Of a stretch of DNA of 64,000 nucleotides, positions 25,530 through 40,430 are shown piece after piece (position 1 is the first letter of the stretch; the number at the start of each line of letters is the position of its first letter). The stretch lies in contig CM041465.1 of NCBI GenBank assembly GCA_023213395.1, positions 7,936,001 to 8,000,000 on the forward strand. Reading direction: 5' to 3'. A model generated the notes under the pieces. That model worked only from the letters and a program-made list of their open reading frames with translations, was not told where the DNA came from and made no database searches. The position numbers were made by a program, and so were the translations under genes. Source of the DNA: Cycas panzhihuaensis (Eukaryota > Plantae > Cycadophyta).

Positions 25530-28000
25530 GGACTGTCTTTCTATCTAGATTTAACCTATATGTTGGACTCTAAAAATTTTCTTTTAAGTTATATTCTATA
25601 ATAGAATATTCCTGAGGAAAGTTTGGGGCTCCATCCTATTTCAATAATTGGTAACACTTCCTTTCCCCAATATATAAATAATTATTAGATGATTTTAATG
25701 TAGAATTTTGAGGCAAATAATTCTCAATGTTATTATAACTCCACATCTCATTTTTAAACAATGAATACAAGTAATCATCTTATGTTTTATTCAAAAGAGA
25801 ATTCTTTACATAATCTTCCATTCATCCTTTTCCTTTATTAAGATTATTTATACCATTTTATTGTTGCTTGTCTGGGCATAGTTCTAATTGGTAGTAATTG
25901 GAAGATGCTTCTGTTGTTTCCTCCCATGATGTTTGTAGCTAGTCCAATACATAAGCTGATAATGCCTCACTTGGAAGATGAGGGGTTTTCAAAGCTTGAA
26001 ACACTATCTCTGAATAGGGACTCGTAGTGGATGATGAAATGGTGGTTGTTGATGCTATTTCTATGTCCTCAACTCTTTTGATGTGAGGTTTATCTGAGCA
26101 TAGGGGTAATACTATCTTTTTCCCTATAGTATGTAGAGTAAATGTTAACTTCCCCCAATCTTGCAATGCTTCTATCATGAACATCCATGGTCTCCCTAAG
26201 AGTGTTAAATATGTTTTGTTATGATTTTGCATCCTAACGATCACAAAATCTAATCAGACTATGATCCCTACAACTGTAATTAGGATATTCAACAAAGATC
26301 CCATCAGTCTGACTTACACTTGATTAGCCAATCTAATTGAAAAATCTAGGAAGACCATTTCTAGCCATCCCAATGAGATCCATGTAGCCTCTAGAAGTAC
26401 ATTTACTATGGACCCCACATCGACAATAGTCTTGCAAATTGTTGTACCAAAAAGGGTCATAAGAACCCTAGGGTCAATTGAATTAATTTTTAATGCTCGT
26501 AACACCGGTTTTTCAATTTGGTCCAAGATAACCTGTTGAAAATAACTAGCCTCCCACCATTTAAAAACAATGGAAATGGGAATAAAAATTCTAATTTCTA
26601 TCAATAACTCCTTCATCTCTTGCATCTTTTCTTAGGGATTTTTCTCCCATTGGCCCCCCTGTATTATTACTCGTCTATGATAAACCTAGCCTTTGAATAT
26701 GCTAGCTTGTTTCATCTTCTCTCGCTATACTATCCTTGTTGCATCCTACAAATCCCACACAATATCTTATAATCTTTTCTTTTCCACTACTAGATCTAAA
26801 AAGTTTTTAGTAACTGGTGTAGTTGTGAATTTTCCACTCCTTGTCTAAATATAGTCTGGCTACTCCTTATCTAGGATCTTTGTTGCTAAATTAGAAGTTT
26901 ATACTTTTAAAATAGGATTCTTTGGGTAGTTTTCCTATTCATGGTCTATTGGATCATATTCTTCATATATATAATCCATTCCTATTTTTTTACTAGGCAG
27001 TCTATTCAAAAATATCCCCACCTGGAACATAGGTGATAATGAACCAGTTTGGTTTTCCCTTTATACTACTTAAAGGAATTCCTTTCCTTTCTTTGATAGA
27101 AGGATTCTCTTATTAGTACTTTAAAATAACATTCCCATGTATGATAGTTTCCTCTCTTATAGATTTCACACCATCACCTTTCCCCCATTTGCTGATGTTC
27201 ATTCCTAAGGTGACATAGTTGTCCGCAAGGGGGAGGATACCAAATGTCTTCTCAAGATTTTCCAATTTTTAATTTAGTTATTTTTGCCCTTAATTTTTTT
27301 ATTTCCTTATTTTGTTGATTTAGACCAAGAGATATAGCCACAGCTTGGTGTTTTAGCATCTCCACCTCCTTCTTTAATGCCTCTAATTTAGAGCTTATCA
27401 TCCATTAGGATGTACTTACTTGCCTAGCATTTAGAACTCCTATGTGTAAATAGCCCATTCTCATCTGATTTTCAAAGCATAAAGCCAAGTCCCTAACTTG
27501 CTCATAGTTATTCATTAGATGAAAAATAAGTTTTTCTTTTAAATGGGGTAGTAACTCTTATATAAAATATTTCAAAGATAACATTAAATTCATAGGTATA
27601 GTTGGATCTATTTTATTCATAATGATTCAAAGCCTACCATCAAAATCATTCACTGACTCACCTGGTACCTACCTGATTTCCTCCAAGGCTTGAAAAATAG
27701 ACATAGGATCCCATAATCATTAGAATCTATCCAAAAATTATGTTTGAATTATCTCCTATGTTGGATTTGCTTTTGCTATGTATTGATACCATGTTATTGC
27801 CACCCCCTGCAATGTTAAAAAAATTGCGCCTTGATTTCTTCCTGATCCTTAAATTTTTTTTTATTTTTAACATATTAGAAAATAAAGCTAGATGATCTCC
27901 TAGGTCTCCTAAGCAATCAAACTATAAATGCCTAAATATGGCATCATTCTAAACTATAACGTATGGAGGATTTACCTAACTTCCCCCTATAGTTGCATTT
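25530..28000 (-). pseudogene. Gypsy gag and aspartic protease remnant (same element; continuous with 17875 once the nested insert is removed)
   Basis: Retrotrans_gag-like 'TLQGVAITWY' (~27790-27815), protease 'IVDVGSIVNVL' (ORF 26314-26625) and 'LLGRPW' (ORF 25939-26244). Joining across TSD CTTTT restores 'SPKELQL*QINLGIEEDPK'. Confidence 0.85.
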
Positions 28001-28706
28001 CCTTGCGCCTGGTTTGCTAGTCCTATTGGTATCAACCCAGTCTACACAATTCTATTTGTACTTTTTACTGAGTTTGTTTCTTTGCCCTCACTTGTCCCTT
28101 GATTTGGGGGAATATTATTCATATTCTCTAGTCTTCCTCCTAACAACATCAAGCCTAAAATCATATCTACCATCTTATTATAAAGCAGATTCAATACATG
28201 AGAATGGGAATTTTCAACATCTACTAGATAGAAATCCCACCTTACTACTGTGGTACTGTAAACTTCTAAACTTGTTGTTTTTACTTCTTCTGAGTTAATA
28301 TGCTCCTCCTCTATGCTCTTGGGGTCTCTATCCTTTGTCTACTTTGGGGTTTCCATGTGCATTTCTTGGCTTTCTTCACAAGTCCCTTCCACTTCCTCTT
28401 TTTCTTCACTATCCTTTTCCCTTCTTTCTTTTCCTTATCCTTGCGGTGTCTGACTTCCTTCTTGTCTATCTTTAGTAGGTCTCCTTCTGGCTTACTTCTT
28501 TTCTACTAGTTCTTTGGGTTTATGGGTTTATGGGTTTATGGGTGCCTTCCTGGCTTCTCTCTACCTCCCACCACTGGCTCTTCTCTTGCCTAGTTTTGAC
28601 CCTTCTCATAGAATTAACCCTTGGTGGCATGTATGATTCCCCCTATTATTTCTTCATCCTAAGCCAATCATTATTTCCTAATTTTGGATACTGGAAATAA
28701 AACCAA

Positions 28707-29402
28707 TGTGTGCTAGCTTCTCTTCCCTAACCCTTTAATTACATTATACAAGAGTCATAAACAAGGAAGAGATACAATTTGGAGCACAAGGAACAAGGCT
28801 TTTATTACAAAAGGGCCCTGCGTCTAGTCCTCTCATAACTAGACATAAGATGAAATAATACAAAGAACCACAGCCAAAGAAAGGTGCTTCCAAGATAAAT
28901 AGCGACAGATAAAATGATATAATACCCTCTCCATTTCTTTTCTATAATATATATACCTATCTACAATTACAACTTCCAATCATAACCATTATTACATTAT
29001 TATTTATTACATAGCTAATGCTACCCAAGTCACATAACTACTACCCTAGTTGCACCCATTGCTACCCGAGTTATACTTTGTAAGATTTTAGTTGTACTTT
29101 GCTATGGTTTGGTTGCACATGTCTTCATCATGGTTGCACCTATCAGTAGCTTAGTCACACTTATCTGCGGCTTTGTCACACTTATCGGCAACTAAGTTGC
29201 ACCTATCAATAGCTTAGTCACACTTGTTTAGGGTTTGGTTATACTTACCAGTAGCTAAGTTGCATAATAGCTTAGTCATACCTGTTAATAGCTTGGTTGC
29301 ATCTAGCTACACTTATCTGCCTTCTAAGCGTAAATGTTAGCAGCTTTCTCTTACATCTACCAACCCTTAATTGTACTATCAACTTCACTTAGGTTGCACA
29401 CA
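28707..29402 (-). repeat. 5' LTR of the minus-strand gypsy
   Basis: TG…CA termini; direct repeat of 12417-13128. Confidence 0.88.
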
Positions 29403-29407
29403 ATATT

Positions 29408-30350
29408 TACCAGGTAATGTTATTACTCTATCTTATTATGTGAAGGAAGTTGTATTAGGTTTACCTTAAGAAGAAATTAGTTGATATGATTAGTGATGAT
29501 ATGAGAATTGATTACTAGTAAAGAAAGAAGAATAGCTTACATAACATTGTGATTGATAAATCTGTGAAGCTTGTTGCCCATAGAAAAGTAAAAGCTATGG
29601 TGATGATTGTACCTATGTACAGTTTATAACAAAACCCTAGAAAGAATGAAAATAGTTAAATAGTAATAGATCAAATAACCATGAGAGCATTTGGTCTCAA
29701 CTACAGAAGACCTCATGTATGAGATATATATGAAGTGCTCAGTATTACATAATAAAGGAGATAGTCTTGTCCTACTTGTAATAAAGAGATTGTACTGTCC
29801 AGTTGAAAGAGCTAACTCTTAGAGCCATAAAAACTAAGTAGATAGTATCCATGGAAAGAGGGTGCAAGAATCATCATTAATCAAGCCTATTATTGTTTAC
29901 ATGCAACTATTGAAGAGTAGGTTTAATGCCTCTATTATGTTGTGATGAATGATGACCATCTATGAAGCTTTATATATTCTATTATGGCTCTTGTCTTGCC
30001 TCTCAATAGTGTTCTCTATAGCATCTTCTATGCCAACTAAAAGATTTTATAGATTTAGAGTAAAAATATTTGTAAATTTCCCATAAATTTCATATATTCT
30101 ACCAAGACCACCTATAGCATCTATAGTAACCTTATTTAAAGAACTAGAATAAAATCTTTTACCAAATCCTAGACCCTTAATCGCCTTTGGTGAGGAGAGA
30201 CATAGCCATGGAGAACCCTTTATATGAATGCAACCTTTTTAGGATGTTGTCATAATTAGAATTTTGTGATAGAAACATGATTAAAATATAGCCAGTAAAG
30301 TCATGGATGTCATTGAAGGAGATGTAGAGTATTCACCATTAGGATGACCT
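29408..30350 (+). mobile_element. Highly degraded retroelement (probably copia) remnant
   Basis: Zinc-knuckle-like trace near 29735-29785. The sequence continues across the TSD of the 30354 insertion into copia RNase H-like traces ('GVVITWRS', ~32287). Weak. Confidence 0.3.
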
Positions 30351-31339
30351 TGTTGTTACAAACCTTCTTAAGATTAATTAAGCAAATATTCATGAAGGGA
30401 TGCTTCTAGAATAGTTATAACTTTCAAGGTTAAAAGAGGCCTATTATATACCTATAAATATGGCTTCATTGTATTGTTGGATATCATATATTTTTATAAT
30501 CAATCAATTGGTCTTTGACTATTATTTATCTTTGGGACACTTCTGTATTTCCTTCAAACTAACTGTCTCAAGTTATGGAAAAAGGTACGTAACAAGTGGT
30601 ATTAGAGTAAATAATCCAGGTACCTACTCATTGGTCTAACCACAAAGGTGTGAGAAATTCAAAGACTACCTTATCATCTCCACATATTCGTTCATGGATT
30701 TTCTGTCACAGTTTCGTGGTGTAGATGCGTTCTCTATCACTTACATGTTCCGTGGTATCACTCTTTGTACATTGTTTGTTCCATCTTTCCATGTCTATGT
30801 CACCTTCCTTTTATCTTCATTCAGTCACCACATTTGTCTTCCTACATCGTCTCTCCACTTTCTCTACATCACTGCTTGATAACCACTGTTAGAATCATAT
30901 AGCCATCACATCTCTTCATAGCTACAGCTAGAATATAAACAAATTAATGTTGCATTAATATAATTGTGTTAACGTTACATCTTTCATTCCTATTATCTCT
31001 TCCATTTTTACTTCCACCTGGTTTTAATCCATGCTTTGGCTAGTTGTGTTTCTATCTGTCTCCTTCTACGACATTTGTTACTTATACATCAGTTGTCATC
31101 TTGCCTTTGTCATCTTACCTTCATCTTGATTTTATCTTGCCTTTATTATCAATTATTATCTTGCCTTCTACTATCTTTCATTCCATCATCCTCTATTTTT
31201 TCATCCTATTTTTCGTTGCTTGGTGTGTTCTCTCCCTTCATTTCACTATTGCATCATCATTCACCATCGTCCCTCCAAAGTTATATTATATTACTATATT
31301 ACATAGTTTGCCATTACGTTAACTATACAGTTATTTCAT

Positions 31340-31452
<113 letters not shown>

Positions 31453-31462
31453 GATAATAATA

Positions 31463-32028
31463 AAATACCCAAGTGTTCCAAAGATAAATAATAGTCAAAG
31501 ACCAATTGATTGATTGTAAAAATATATGATATCTAATAATATAATGAAGCCATATTTACAGGTACATAATAGGCCTCTTTTAACCTTGAAAGTTACAACT
31601 ATTCGAGAAGCATCCCTTCATGAATATTTGCTTAATTAATCTTAAGAAGGTACATACGTCAGATGATTATGATATCTTTTTATTAGCAAGAGGAGACATC
31701 AAGCTAATCGTTATCAGGTTCAAAGATGAAACATTTTAAGAAGAAGCTTTTGTTATGAACCACCTTAAATAAAGTGATTAACCAATCATCTAAATTTGTT
31801 TCATGGGCAAAACATCTTAAGAGGGAGGAATTGTTATAAACCTTCTTAAGATTAATTAAGCAAATATTCATGAAGGGATGCTTCTCAAATAGTTGCAACT
31901 TTCAAGGTTAAAAAAGGCCTATTATATACCTATAAATATGGATTCATTATATTGTTAGATATCATATATTTTTACAATCAATCAATTGGTCTTTGACTAT
32001 TATTTATCTTTAGTGCACTTGTGTATTT
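31463..32028. repeat. Inverted repeat: ~189-bp arms (31463-31651 and 31840-32028) with ~188-bp spacer; repeated at ~34461-35026, 37454-38018, 40451-41016, 44889-45420
   Basis: AAAGATAAATAATAGTCAAAGACCAATTGATTGATTGTAAAAATATATGATATC… is the reverse complement of …GATATCATATATTTTTACAATCAATCAATTGGTCTTTGACTATTATTTATCTTT. Confidence 0.95.
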
Positions 32029-34388
32029 CCTACAAACTGACTGTCTCAAGTTACAGAATAGGGTACATAACACCTGTCATCATGTAATAGCATGTTGAAG
32101 ATGCAGAATAATCACCAACTATATGGCATCTCAGATTGAAGGAGGCATAGTTGTTAAAGTTGAAAGCTTTATGTAAGCTCATCATTGAATATAGTACACA
32201 ATTTCAAAGCGCATGTAAATGAAGGAGATGTTAAACCCAATTATTATTAAGTATCATATTTTCTAGACATTAGGGTTGATTTTATAGGTGTGGTAATTAC
32301 ATGGAGATCATAAACATAGTTATGTTCATCTATTAAGGAGCCATAGCTTACAGAGGCATTAATAGACAAAGTTAACCTAGATGTTAGTTGTTGATGAGCA
32401 CATTGCAAGGTATGGAATTAACATACATAAATCATAATCACAAAGGCCTCTGTAGTTAACCAGTCTTATTCCACCTAAATTTGGATTGAATATTGGGTAA
32501 ACTACTAGAAAGAGATGTTCCTTAGATGTAGTCAAAGTAGATAGAATCCTCTACCTTTTGCGGTGAAGAAATTTGGCACATTTCTATTCTGAGTGACCTC
32601 TGTTAACTATCATATAAAGATGGCCACCTGCCATAGAGAATAAATAAAGAATGAGTGATTGTTAATTCATAGATATTTCCCAACTTTGCATGTAAATTTA
32701 TATGGAGACTACATGAATGGAGAAGAAGAATGGATAAAATCCTACACGATGGTTGTCCATAGGGCCTTCATAAAGCATTATTACATCATCTAAAGTTTGC
32801 CCAACAATGAAGATGGAAGATGCCTAATGCTCTGCATAACAGCTAATGAAGGTACCTATAAAAGAAAGGCATGAACTCCCCCTACAGTAAGAAAAAATTT
32901 TAGCCATCAAATAATCATCCATGCTACCTCTACCAAACTTCGAGATCGATTCCTCTATGCAAATCAAATGAGAATGTTTCCACTGCCTCGCCTAAGGTTC
33001 TGACCTAAATGCCCTTTTGTCTTCACTTATTTTTAGAATTAAATTAAATTAAAGTGTATAAGGTTGGTTGAGTCCATTGGTATGTTAGGGTATTTGCTGA
33101 GAATACAAGGTCCCAACCCTTAGATCACCACCAAGATCTAACCTATTCTTGCAACTGGTTACAAAAATTGAAACTAAAGATTACATGCAAGTTCTTAAAC
33201 CAAAGATAAAATAAATAAATTGAACAAGAAAGCTAAGCACATAAATACACCCAATATAACATGGTAAAACCCTAGCAGTGTGCTAGGGAAACATCCATAT
33301 AAGAAAGGTATCGATCTTTATTGTCATAGAATAGAGAAAATATACATAATCCTATAGTAGAGTGCTCACAGCAACAACAACCAGCCTCCTAACTCCTCAC
33401 AGTACATTGAACAACCTCAACATAATGAAATATTCCCTAAATCATACTATATGAGAGAGTTATACAAGGCACAAATCTAGACCATAGAATCTAGGGTATT
33501 TCTATTGGATGACCTTGATTCTCTTTACAATTTAATATAGTTTCCAGTGCTAATTTTTTGGGTCAGGGGCTATTTCCCCCGAACCCCCTCTTAGCAGGGG
33601 GCATTCCATGCCCCTCGCACCCCCCTAGCCAAGGGAGGTGAGAGTAAATAATTAGGGGACCTACTCATTGATCTAACCATAAAGGCATGAGAAATTCAAG
33701 GACTACCTTATCATCTCCTCATATTCGTTCATGCAGTTTCTGTCACTGTTTCATGGTGTGGTTGTGTTCTCCATCACTGACATGTTCTATGATATCACTC
33801 TTTGTACATTGTTTGTTCCATCTTTCCATGTATGTGTCACCTTCCTTTTGTCTTCATTCATTCACCATGTTTGTCTTCCTGCATCGTCTCTCCACTTTCT
33901 CTACATGGTTGGTTAACAACCACTGTCAAAATCACATAGCCATCACATCTCTTCATAGCTACGGCTAGAATACAAATAAATTAATTTTGCATTAATATAA
34001 TTGTGTTAAGGTTGTATCTTTCATTCATGTCATCTCTCCCAATTTTACTTCTATCTGGTTTTAATCCATGCTTTAGATAGTTATGTTTCTATCTGTCTCC
34101 TTCTACGATATTTGTTGCTTCCACACCAGTCGTCATCTCACCTTCGTCATCTTACCTTTGTCATCTTACCTTCATCTTGATTTCATCTTGCTTTATTGTC
34201 AGTCATTATCTTGCCTTCTACTATCTTTCATTCCATTATCCTCTGTTTTGTCATCCTATTTTTTGTTGCTTGGTGTGTTCCCTCCCTTCATTTCACTATT
34301 GAGTCATCATTCACCATCATCCCTCCAAAGTTATATTATATTACTATATTACATAGTTCATCATTACGTTAACTATATAGTTATTTTA

Positions 34389-34449
<61 letters not shown>

Positions 34450-37400
34450 TAATAATAATAAAATACCCAAGTGTTCCAAAGATAAATAATAGTCAAAGAC
34501 CAATTAATTGATTGTAAAAATATATGATATCTAATAATATAATGAAGCCATATTTATAGGTACATAATAGGTCTCTTTTAACCTTGAAAGTTACAACTAT
34601 TCAAGAAACATCCCTTCATGAATATTTGCTTAATTAATCTTAAGAAGGTACATACGTCAAATTATTATGATATCCATTTATTAGTAAGAGGAGACATCAA
34701 GCTAATCGTTATCAGGTTCAAAGATGAAACATTTTAAGAAGAAGCTTTTGTTATGAAACACCTTAAATAAAGTGATTAACGAATCATTTGAATTTGTTTA
34801 ATGGGCAAAACATCTTAAGAGGGAGAAATTGTTACAAACCTTCTTAAGATTAATTAAGCAAATATTAATGAAGGGACGCTTCTCGAATAGTTGCAACTTT
34901 CAAGGTTAAAAGAGGCCTATTATATACCTATAAATATGGATTCATTATATTGTTGGATATCATATATTTTTACAATCAATCAATTGGTCTTTGACTATTA
35001 TTTATCTTTAGCACACTTGTGTATTTCCTACAAACTAACTATCTCAAGTTACAGAATAAGGTACATAACACCTATCATCATGTAATAGCATGCTGAAGAT
35101 TTAGAATAATCACCAGTTATATGGCAGCTTAGATTAAAGGAGGCATAGTTGTTAAAGCTAAAGGCTTTATATAGGTTCACCATTGAATATAGTACACAAA
35201 TTCAAAGTGCATGTAAATGAAGGAGACAACAAACCTAATTATTATTAGGTATCATATTTTTTAGACATTAGGGTTGATTTTAAAGGTGTGGTAATTACAT
35301 GGAGATCATAAACATAATTATGTTCATCTATTAAGGAGCCATAGCTTACGGAGGCATTAATAGATACAGTTAACCTAGATGTTAGTCATTGATGAGCACA
35401 TTGCAAGCTATGGAATTAACATATGTAAATCATAATCACAAAGGCCTATGTAGTTAACCAGTCTCATTCCACTTAAAGTTGGATTGAATGTTGGGTAAAC
35501 TACTAGAAAGAGATGTTCCTTAGATGTAGTCTAAGTAGATAAAATCCTCTACCTTTTGTGGTGAAGAAATTTGGCACCTTTCTATTCTAAGTGACCTTTG
35601 TTGACTATCATATAAAAATGTTCGCCTGCCATAATGAAGAAATAAAGAATGAGTGATTGTCGATTCATAGATATTTCCCAACTTTACATATAAATTTATG
35701 TGGAGACTACATGAATGGAGGAGAAGAATGGATAAAATCCTACATGATGGTTGTCCATATGGCCTTCATAAAGCATTATTATATCATCTAAAGTTTGCCC
35801 AACAATGAAGATGGAAGATGCCTAATGCTCTGCATAATAGCTAATGAAGGTGCCTATAAAAGAAAGGCATGAACTCCCCCTACAGTAAGAAAAAATTTCA
35901 GCCATTAAAGAATCATCCATGCTACCTCTACCAAACTTTGAGATCGATTCCTCTATTCAAATCAAATGATAATATTTCCACTGCCTCGCCTAGGGTTCTA
36001 ACCTAAATGCCCTTTTGTCTTCACTTATTTTTAGAATTAAATTAAATTAAAGTGTATAAGGTTGGTTACGTCTATTGGTATGTTAGGGTATTTGTTGAGA
36101 ATACAAGGTTCAAACCCTTAAATCACCACCAAGATCTAACCTATTCTTGCAACTGGTTACAGAAATTGAAACTAAAGATTACATGCAAGTTCTTAAACCA
36201 AAGATAAAATAAATAAATTGAACAAGAAAGACAAGAACATAAATAGACCCAATATAATATGGTAAAACCCTAGCAGTGTGCTAGGGAAACATCCACACAA
36301 GAAAGGTATCGATCTTTATTATTATAGAATGGAGAAAATGTATATAATCATGCAGTAAAGTGCTCACAGCAACAACAACCAACTGCCCAACTCCTCACAG
36401 TACATTGAACAACCTCAACATAATGAAATATGCCCTAAATCATGCTACATGAGAGAGTTATACAAGGCACAAATCTGGACCATAGAATCTAGGGTATTTT
36501 TATCGAACGACCCTGATTCTCTTTACAATTTAATATAGTTTCCAGTGCTAATTTTTTGGGTCAGGTGCTATCACCCCTAAACACCCTCTTAGCGGGGGGC
36601 ATTCCACACCCCCCGCACCCCCTATGCCAAGGGGGGCAAGAGTAAATAATCTAGGGACCTACTCATTGATCTAACCACAAAGGTGTGAGAAATTCCAGGA
36701 CTACCTTATCATCTCCACATATTTGTTCATGCATTTTTTGTCACTGTTTCATGGTGTGGCTGCGTTCTCTGTCACTGACATGTTCTATGGTATCACTCTT
36801 CGTACATTGTTTGTTCCATCTTTCCATGTCTATGTCACCTTTCTTTTGTCTTCATTCAATCACCATATTTGTCTTCCTACATCATCTCTCCACTTTCTCT
36901 ACATCGTTGGTTGACAACCACTGTCAATATCACATAGCCATCATATCTCTTCATAGCTACAACTAGAATACAAACAAATTAATGTTGCATTGATATAATT
37001 GTGTTAAAGTTGCATCTTTCATTCATGTCCTCTCTCCCATTTTTACTTCCACCTAGTTTTAATCCATGCTTTGGATAGTTGTGTTTCTATCTGTCTACTT
37101 CTATGACATTTGTTGCTTCCACATTAGTCGTCGTCTTGCCTTCGTCATCTTGACTTTGTCGTCTTACCTTCATCTTGATTTCATCTTGCCTTTATTGTCA
37201 ATCATTATCTTGCCTTCTACTATCTTTCATTCCATCATCTGTCGTTTTGTCATCCTATTTTTCGTTGCTTAGTGTGTTCCCTCCCTTCATTTCACTATTG
37301 CATAATCATTCACCATTTTCCCTCCAAAGTTATATTATATTACTATATTACATAGTTCGCCATTACGTTAACTATATAGTTATTTCATTAAAATATATAT

Positions 37401-40378
37401 GTCTATATATAAATTAAAAAATAAAAATAAATAATAATAATAATAATAATAATAATACCCAAGTATTCAAAAGATAAATAATAGTCAAAGACCAATTGAT
37501 TGATTGTAAAAATATATGATATCTAATAATATAATGAAGCCATATTTATAGGTACATAATAGGCCTCTTTTAACCTTGAAAGTTGTAACTAATCCAGAAG
37601 CATCCCTTCATGAATATTTGCTTAATTAATCTTAAGAAGGTATATACATCAGATGATTATGATATCCTTTTATTAGCAAGAGGAGACATCAAGCTAATCA
37701 TTATTAGGTTCAAAGATGAAACATTTTAAGAAGAAGCTTTTGTTATGAACCACCTTAAATAAAGTGATTAACTAATCATCTGGATTTGTTTCATGGGCAG
37801 AACATCTTAAGAGGGAGGAATTGTTACAAACCTTCTTAAGATTAATTAAGCAAATATTCATGAAGGAATGCTTCTCAAATAGTTGCAACTTTCAAGGTTA
37901 AAAGAGGCCTATTATATACCTATAAATATGGATTCATTATATTGTTAGATATCATATATTTTTACAATCAATTAATTGGTCTTTGACTATTATTTATCTT
38001 TAGTGCACTTGTGTATTTCCTACAAACTGACTGTCTCAAGTTACAGAACAGGGTATGTAACACCTGTCATCATGCAATATCATGTTGAAGATGCAGAATA
38101 ATCACTAGTTATATGGCATCTCAGATTGAAGGAGGCATAGTTGTTAAAGTTGAAAGCTTTATATAGGGTCACCATTGAATATAGTACATAATTTCAAAGT
38201 GCATGTAAATGAAGGAGATGTTAAACCCAATTATTATTAGGTATCATATTTTCTAGACATTAGGGTTGATTTTACAGGTGTGGTAATTACATGGAGATCA
38301 TAAACATAGTTATGTTCATCTATTAAGGAGCCATAGCTTACAGAGGCATTAATAGACAAAGTTAACCTAGATGTTAGTCATTGATGAGCACATTGCAAGC
38401 TATGGAATTAACATATGTAAATCATAATCACAAAGGCCTCTATAGTTATCCAGTCTCATTCCACCTAAATTTGGATTGAATGTTGGGTAAACTACTAGAA
38501 AGAGATGTTCCTTAGATGCAGTCAAAGTAGATAGAATCCTCTACCTTTTGTGGTGAAGAAATTTGACACCTTTCTATTCTAAGTGACCTTTGTTGACTAT
38601 CGTATAAAGATGGCCACCTGCCATAGAGAATAAATAAAGAACGAGTGATTGTCGATTCATAGATATTTTCTAACTTTGTATGTAAATTTATGTGGAAACT
38701 ACATGAATGGAGAAGAAGAATGGATAAAAGCCTACACGATGGTTGTCCATAGGGCCTTCATAAAGCATTATTACATTATCTAAAGTCTACCCAATAATGA
38801 AGATGGAAGATGCCTAATGCTCTACATAATAGCTAATGAAGGTGCCCATAAAAGAAAGACATGAACTCCCCTTACAATAAGAAAAAAATTTAGCCATCAA
38901 AGAATCATCCATGCTACCCTTACCAAACTTTGAGATCGATTCCCCTATACAAATCAAATGAGAATATTTCCACTGCCTCGCCTAGGGTTATGACCTAAAT
39001 GCCCTTTTGTCTTCACTTATTTTTAGAATTAAATTAAATTAAAGTGTATAAGGTTGGTTGAGTCCATTGGTATGTTAGGGTATTTATTGAGAATACAAGG
39101 TCCCAACCCTTAAATCACCACCAAGATCTAAGATATTCTTGCAACTAGTTACAAAAATTAAAACTAAAGATTACATGTAAGTTCTTAAACCAAAGATAAA
39201 ATAAATAAATTGAACAAGAAAGCCAAACACACAAATACACCCAATATAACATGGTAAAACCCTAGCAGTGTGCTAGGAAAATATCCACGCAAGAAAGGTA
39301 TCGATCTTTATTGTCATATAATGGAGAAAATGTACATAATCCTGTAGTAGAGTGCTCACAGCAACAACAACCAGCCTCCCAACTCCTCACAGTACATTGA
39401 ATAACCTCAACATAATGAGATATGCCCTAAATCATACTACATGAGAGAGTTATACAAGGCACAAATCTGGACCATAGAATCTACAGTATTTCTATCAGAT
39501 GACCCTATTTCTCTTTATAATTTAATAGAGTTTCTAGTGCTAAGTTTTTGGGTCAGGGGCTATTTCCCCTGAACCCCCTCTTAGCGGGGGGCGTTCCACA
39601 CCCCCCACACCCCCCTTGGCCAAGGGGGCAAGAGTAAATAGTCTAGGGACCTACTCATTGATCTAACCACAAAGGCATGAGAAATTCAAGGACTACCTTA
39701 TCATCTCCACATATTTGTTCATGTAGTTTCTGTCACTGTTTCGTGGTATGGTTGTGTTCTCCATCACTGACATGTTCTGTGGTATCACTCTTTGTACATT
39801 GTTTGTTCCGTCTTTCCATGTTTGTGTCACCTTCCTTTTGTATTCATTCATTCACCACGTTTGTCTTCCTGCATTGTCTCTCCACTTTCTCTACATCGTT
39901 AGTTAACAACCACTATCAAAATCACATAGCCATCATATCTCTTTATAGTTATGGCTAGAATACAATAAATTAATGTTGCATTAATATAATTATGTTAACA
40001 TTGCATCTTTCATTCCTATCATCTCTCCCATTTTTACTTCCACCTGGTTTTAATCCATACTTTGGATAGTTGTGTTTCTATCTATCTCCTTCTACAACAT
40101 TTATTGCTTCCAGGTCAGTTGTCGTCTCGCCTTTGTCATCTTGCCTTTATCGTCTTACCTTCATCTTAATTTCATCTTGCCTTTATTGTCGGTCATTATC
40201 TTGCCTTCTATTATCTTTCATTCCATCATCCTCTATTTGTCATCCTATTTTTTTGCTGCTTGGTGTGTTCCCTACCTTCATTTCACTATTGCATCATCAT
40301 TCACTATCGTCCCTCTAAAGTTATATTATATTACTATATTACATAGTTCACCATTACGTTAACTATGTAGTTATTTCA

Positions 40379-40430
<52 letters not shown>

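Larger units (their letters stand above)
12417..29402 (-). mobile_element. Full-length decayed non-chromovirus Ty3/gypsy (Phygy/Athila-like), containing a nested CRM-like element
   Basis: About 700-bp LTR pair at 12417-13128 and 28707-29402. TSD ATCTT/ATATT (1 mismatch). Minus-strand PPT (TCTCTCCT at 13129) and degenerate PBS (…AAAACCAA ending 28706). Gag-PR-RT-RH-INT in gypsy order on the minus strand. Confidence 0.9.

Noticed and set aside
28513-28543. Telomere-like (GGGTTTAT)n
   Set aside because: Only ~4 copies of an 8-bp variant within a retrotransposon leader; not TTTAGGG telomeric DNA.
30354-30594. Cassandra-type TRIM with 5S rRNA in the LTR
   Set aside because: No 5S box A/C similarity is visible in these LTRs.
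33687-33968. 93-aa ORF MRNSRTTLSSPHI… recurring in four array units
   Set aside because: Recurrence reflects recent duplication of a stop-poor CT-rich tract. The start codon is not conserved (GTG/ATG) and there is no recognisable domain.
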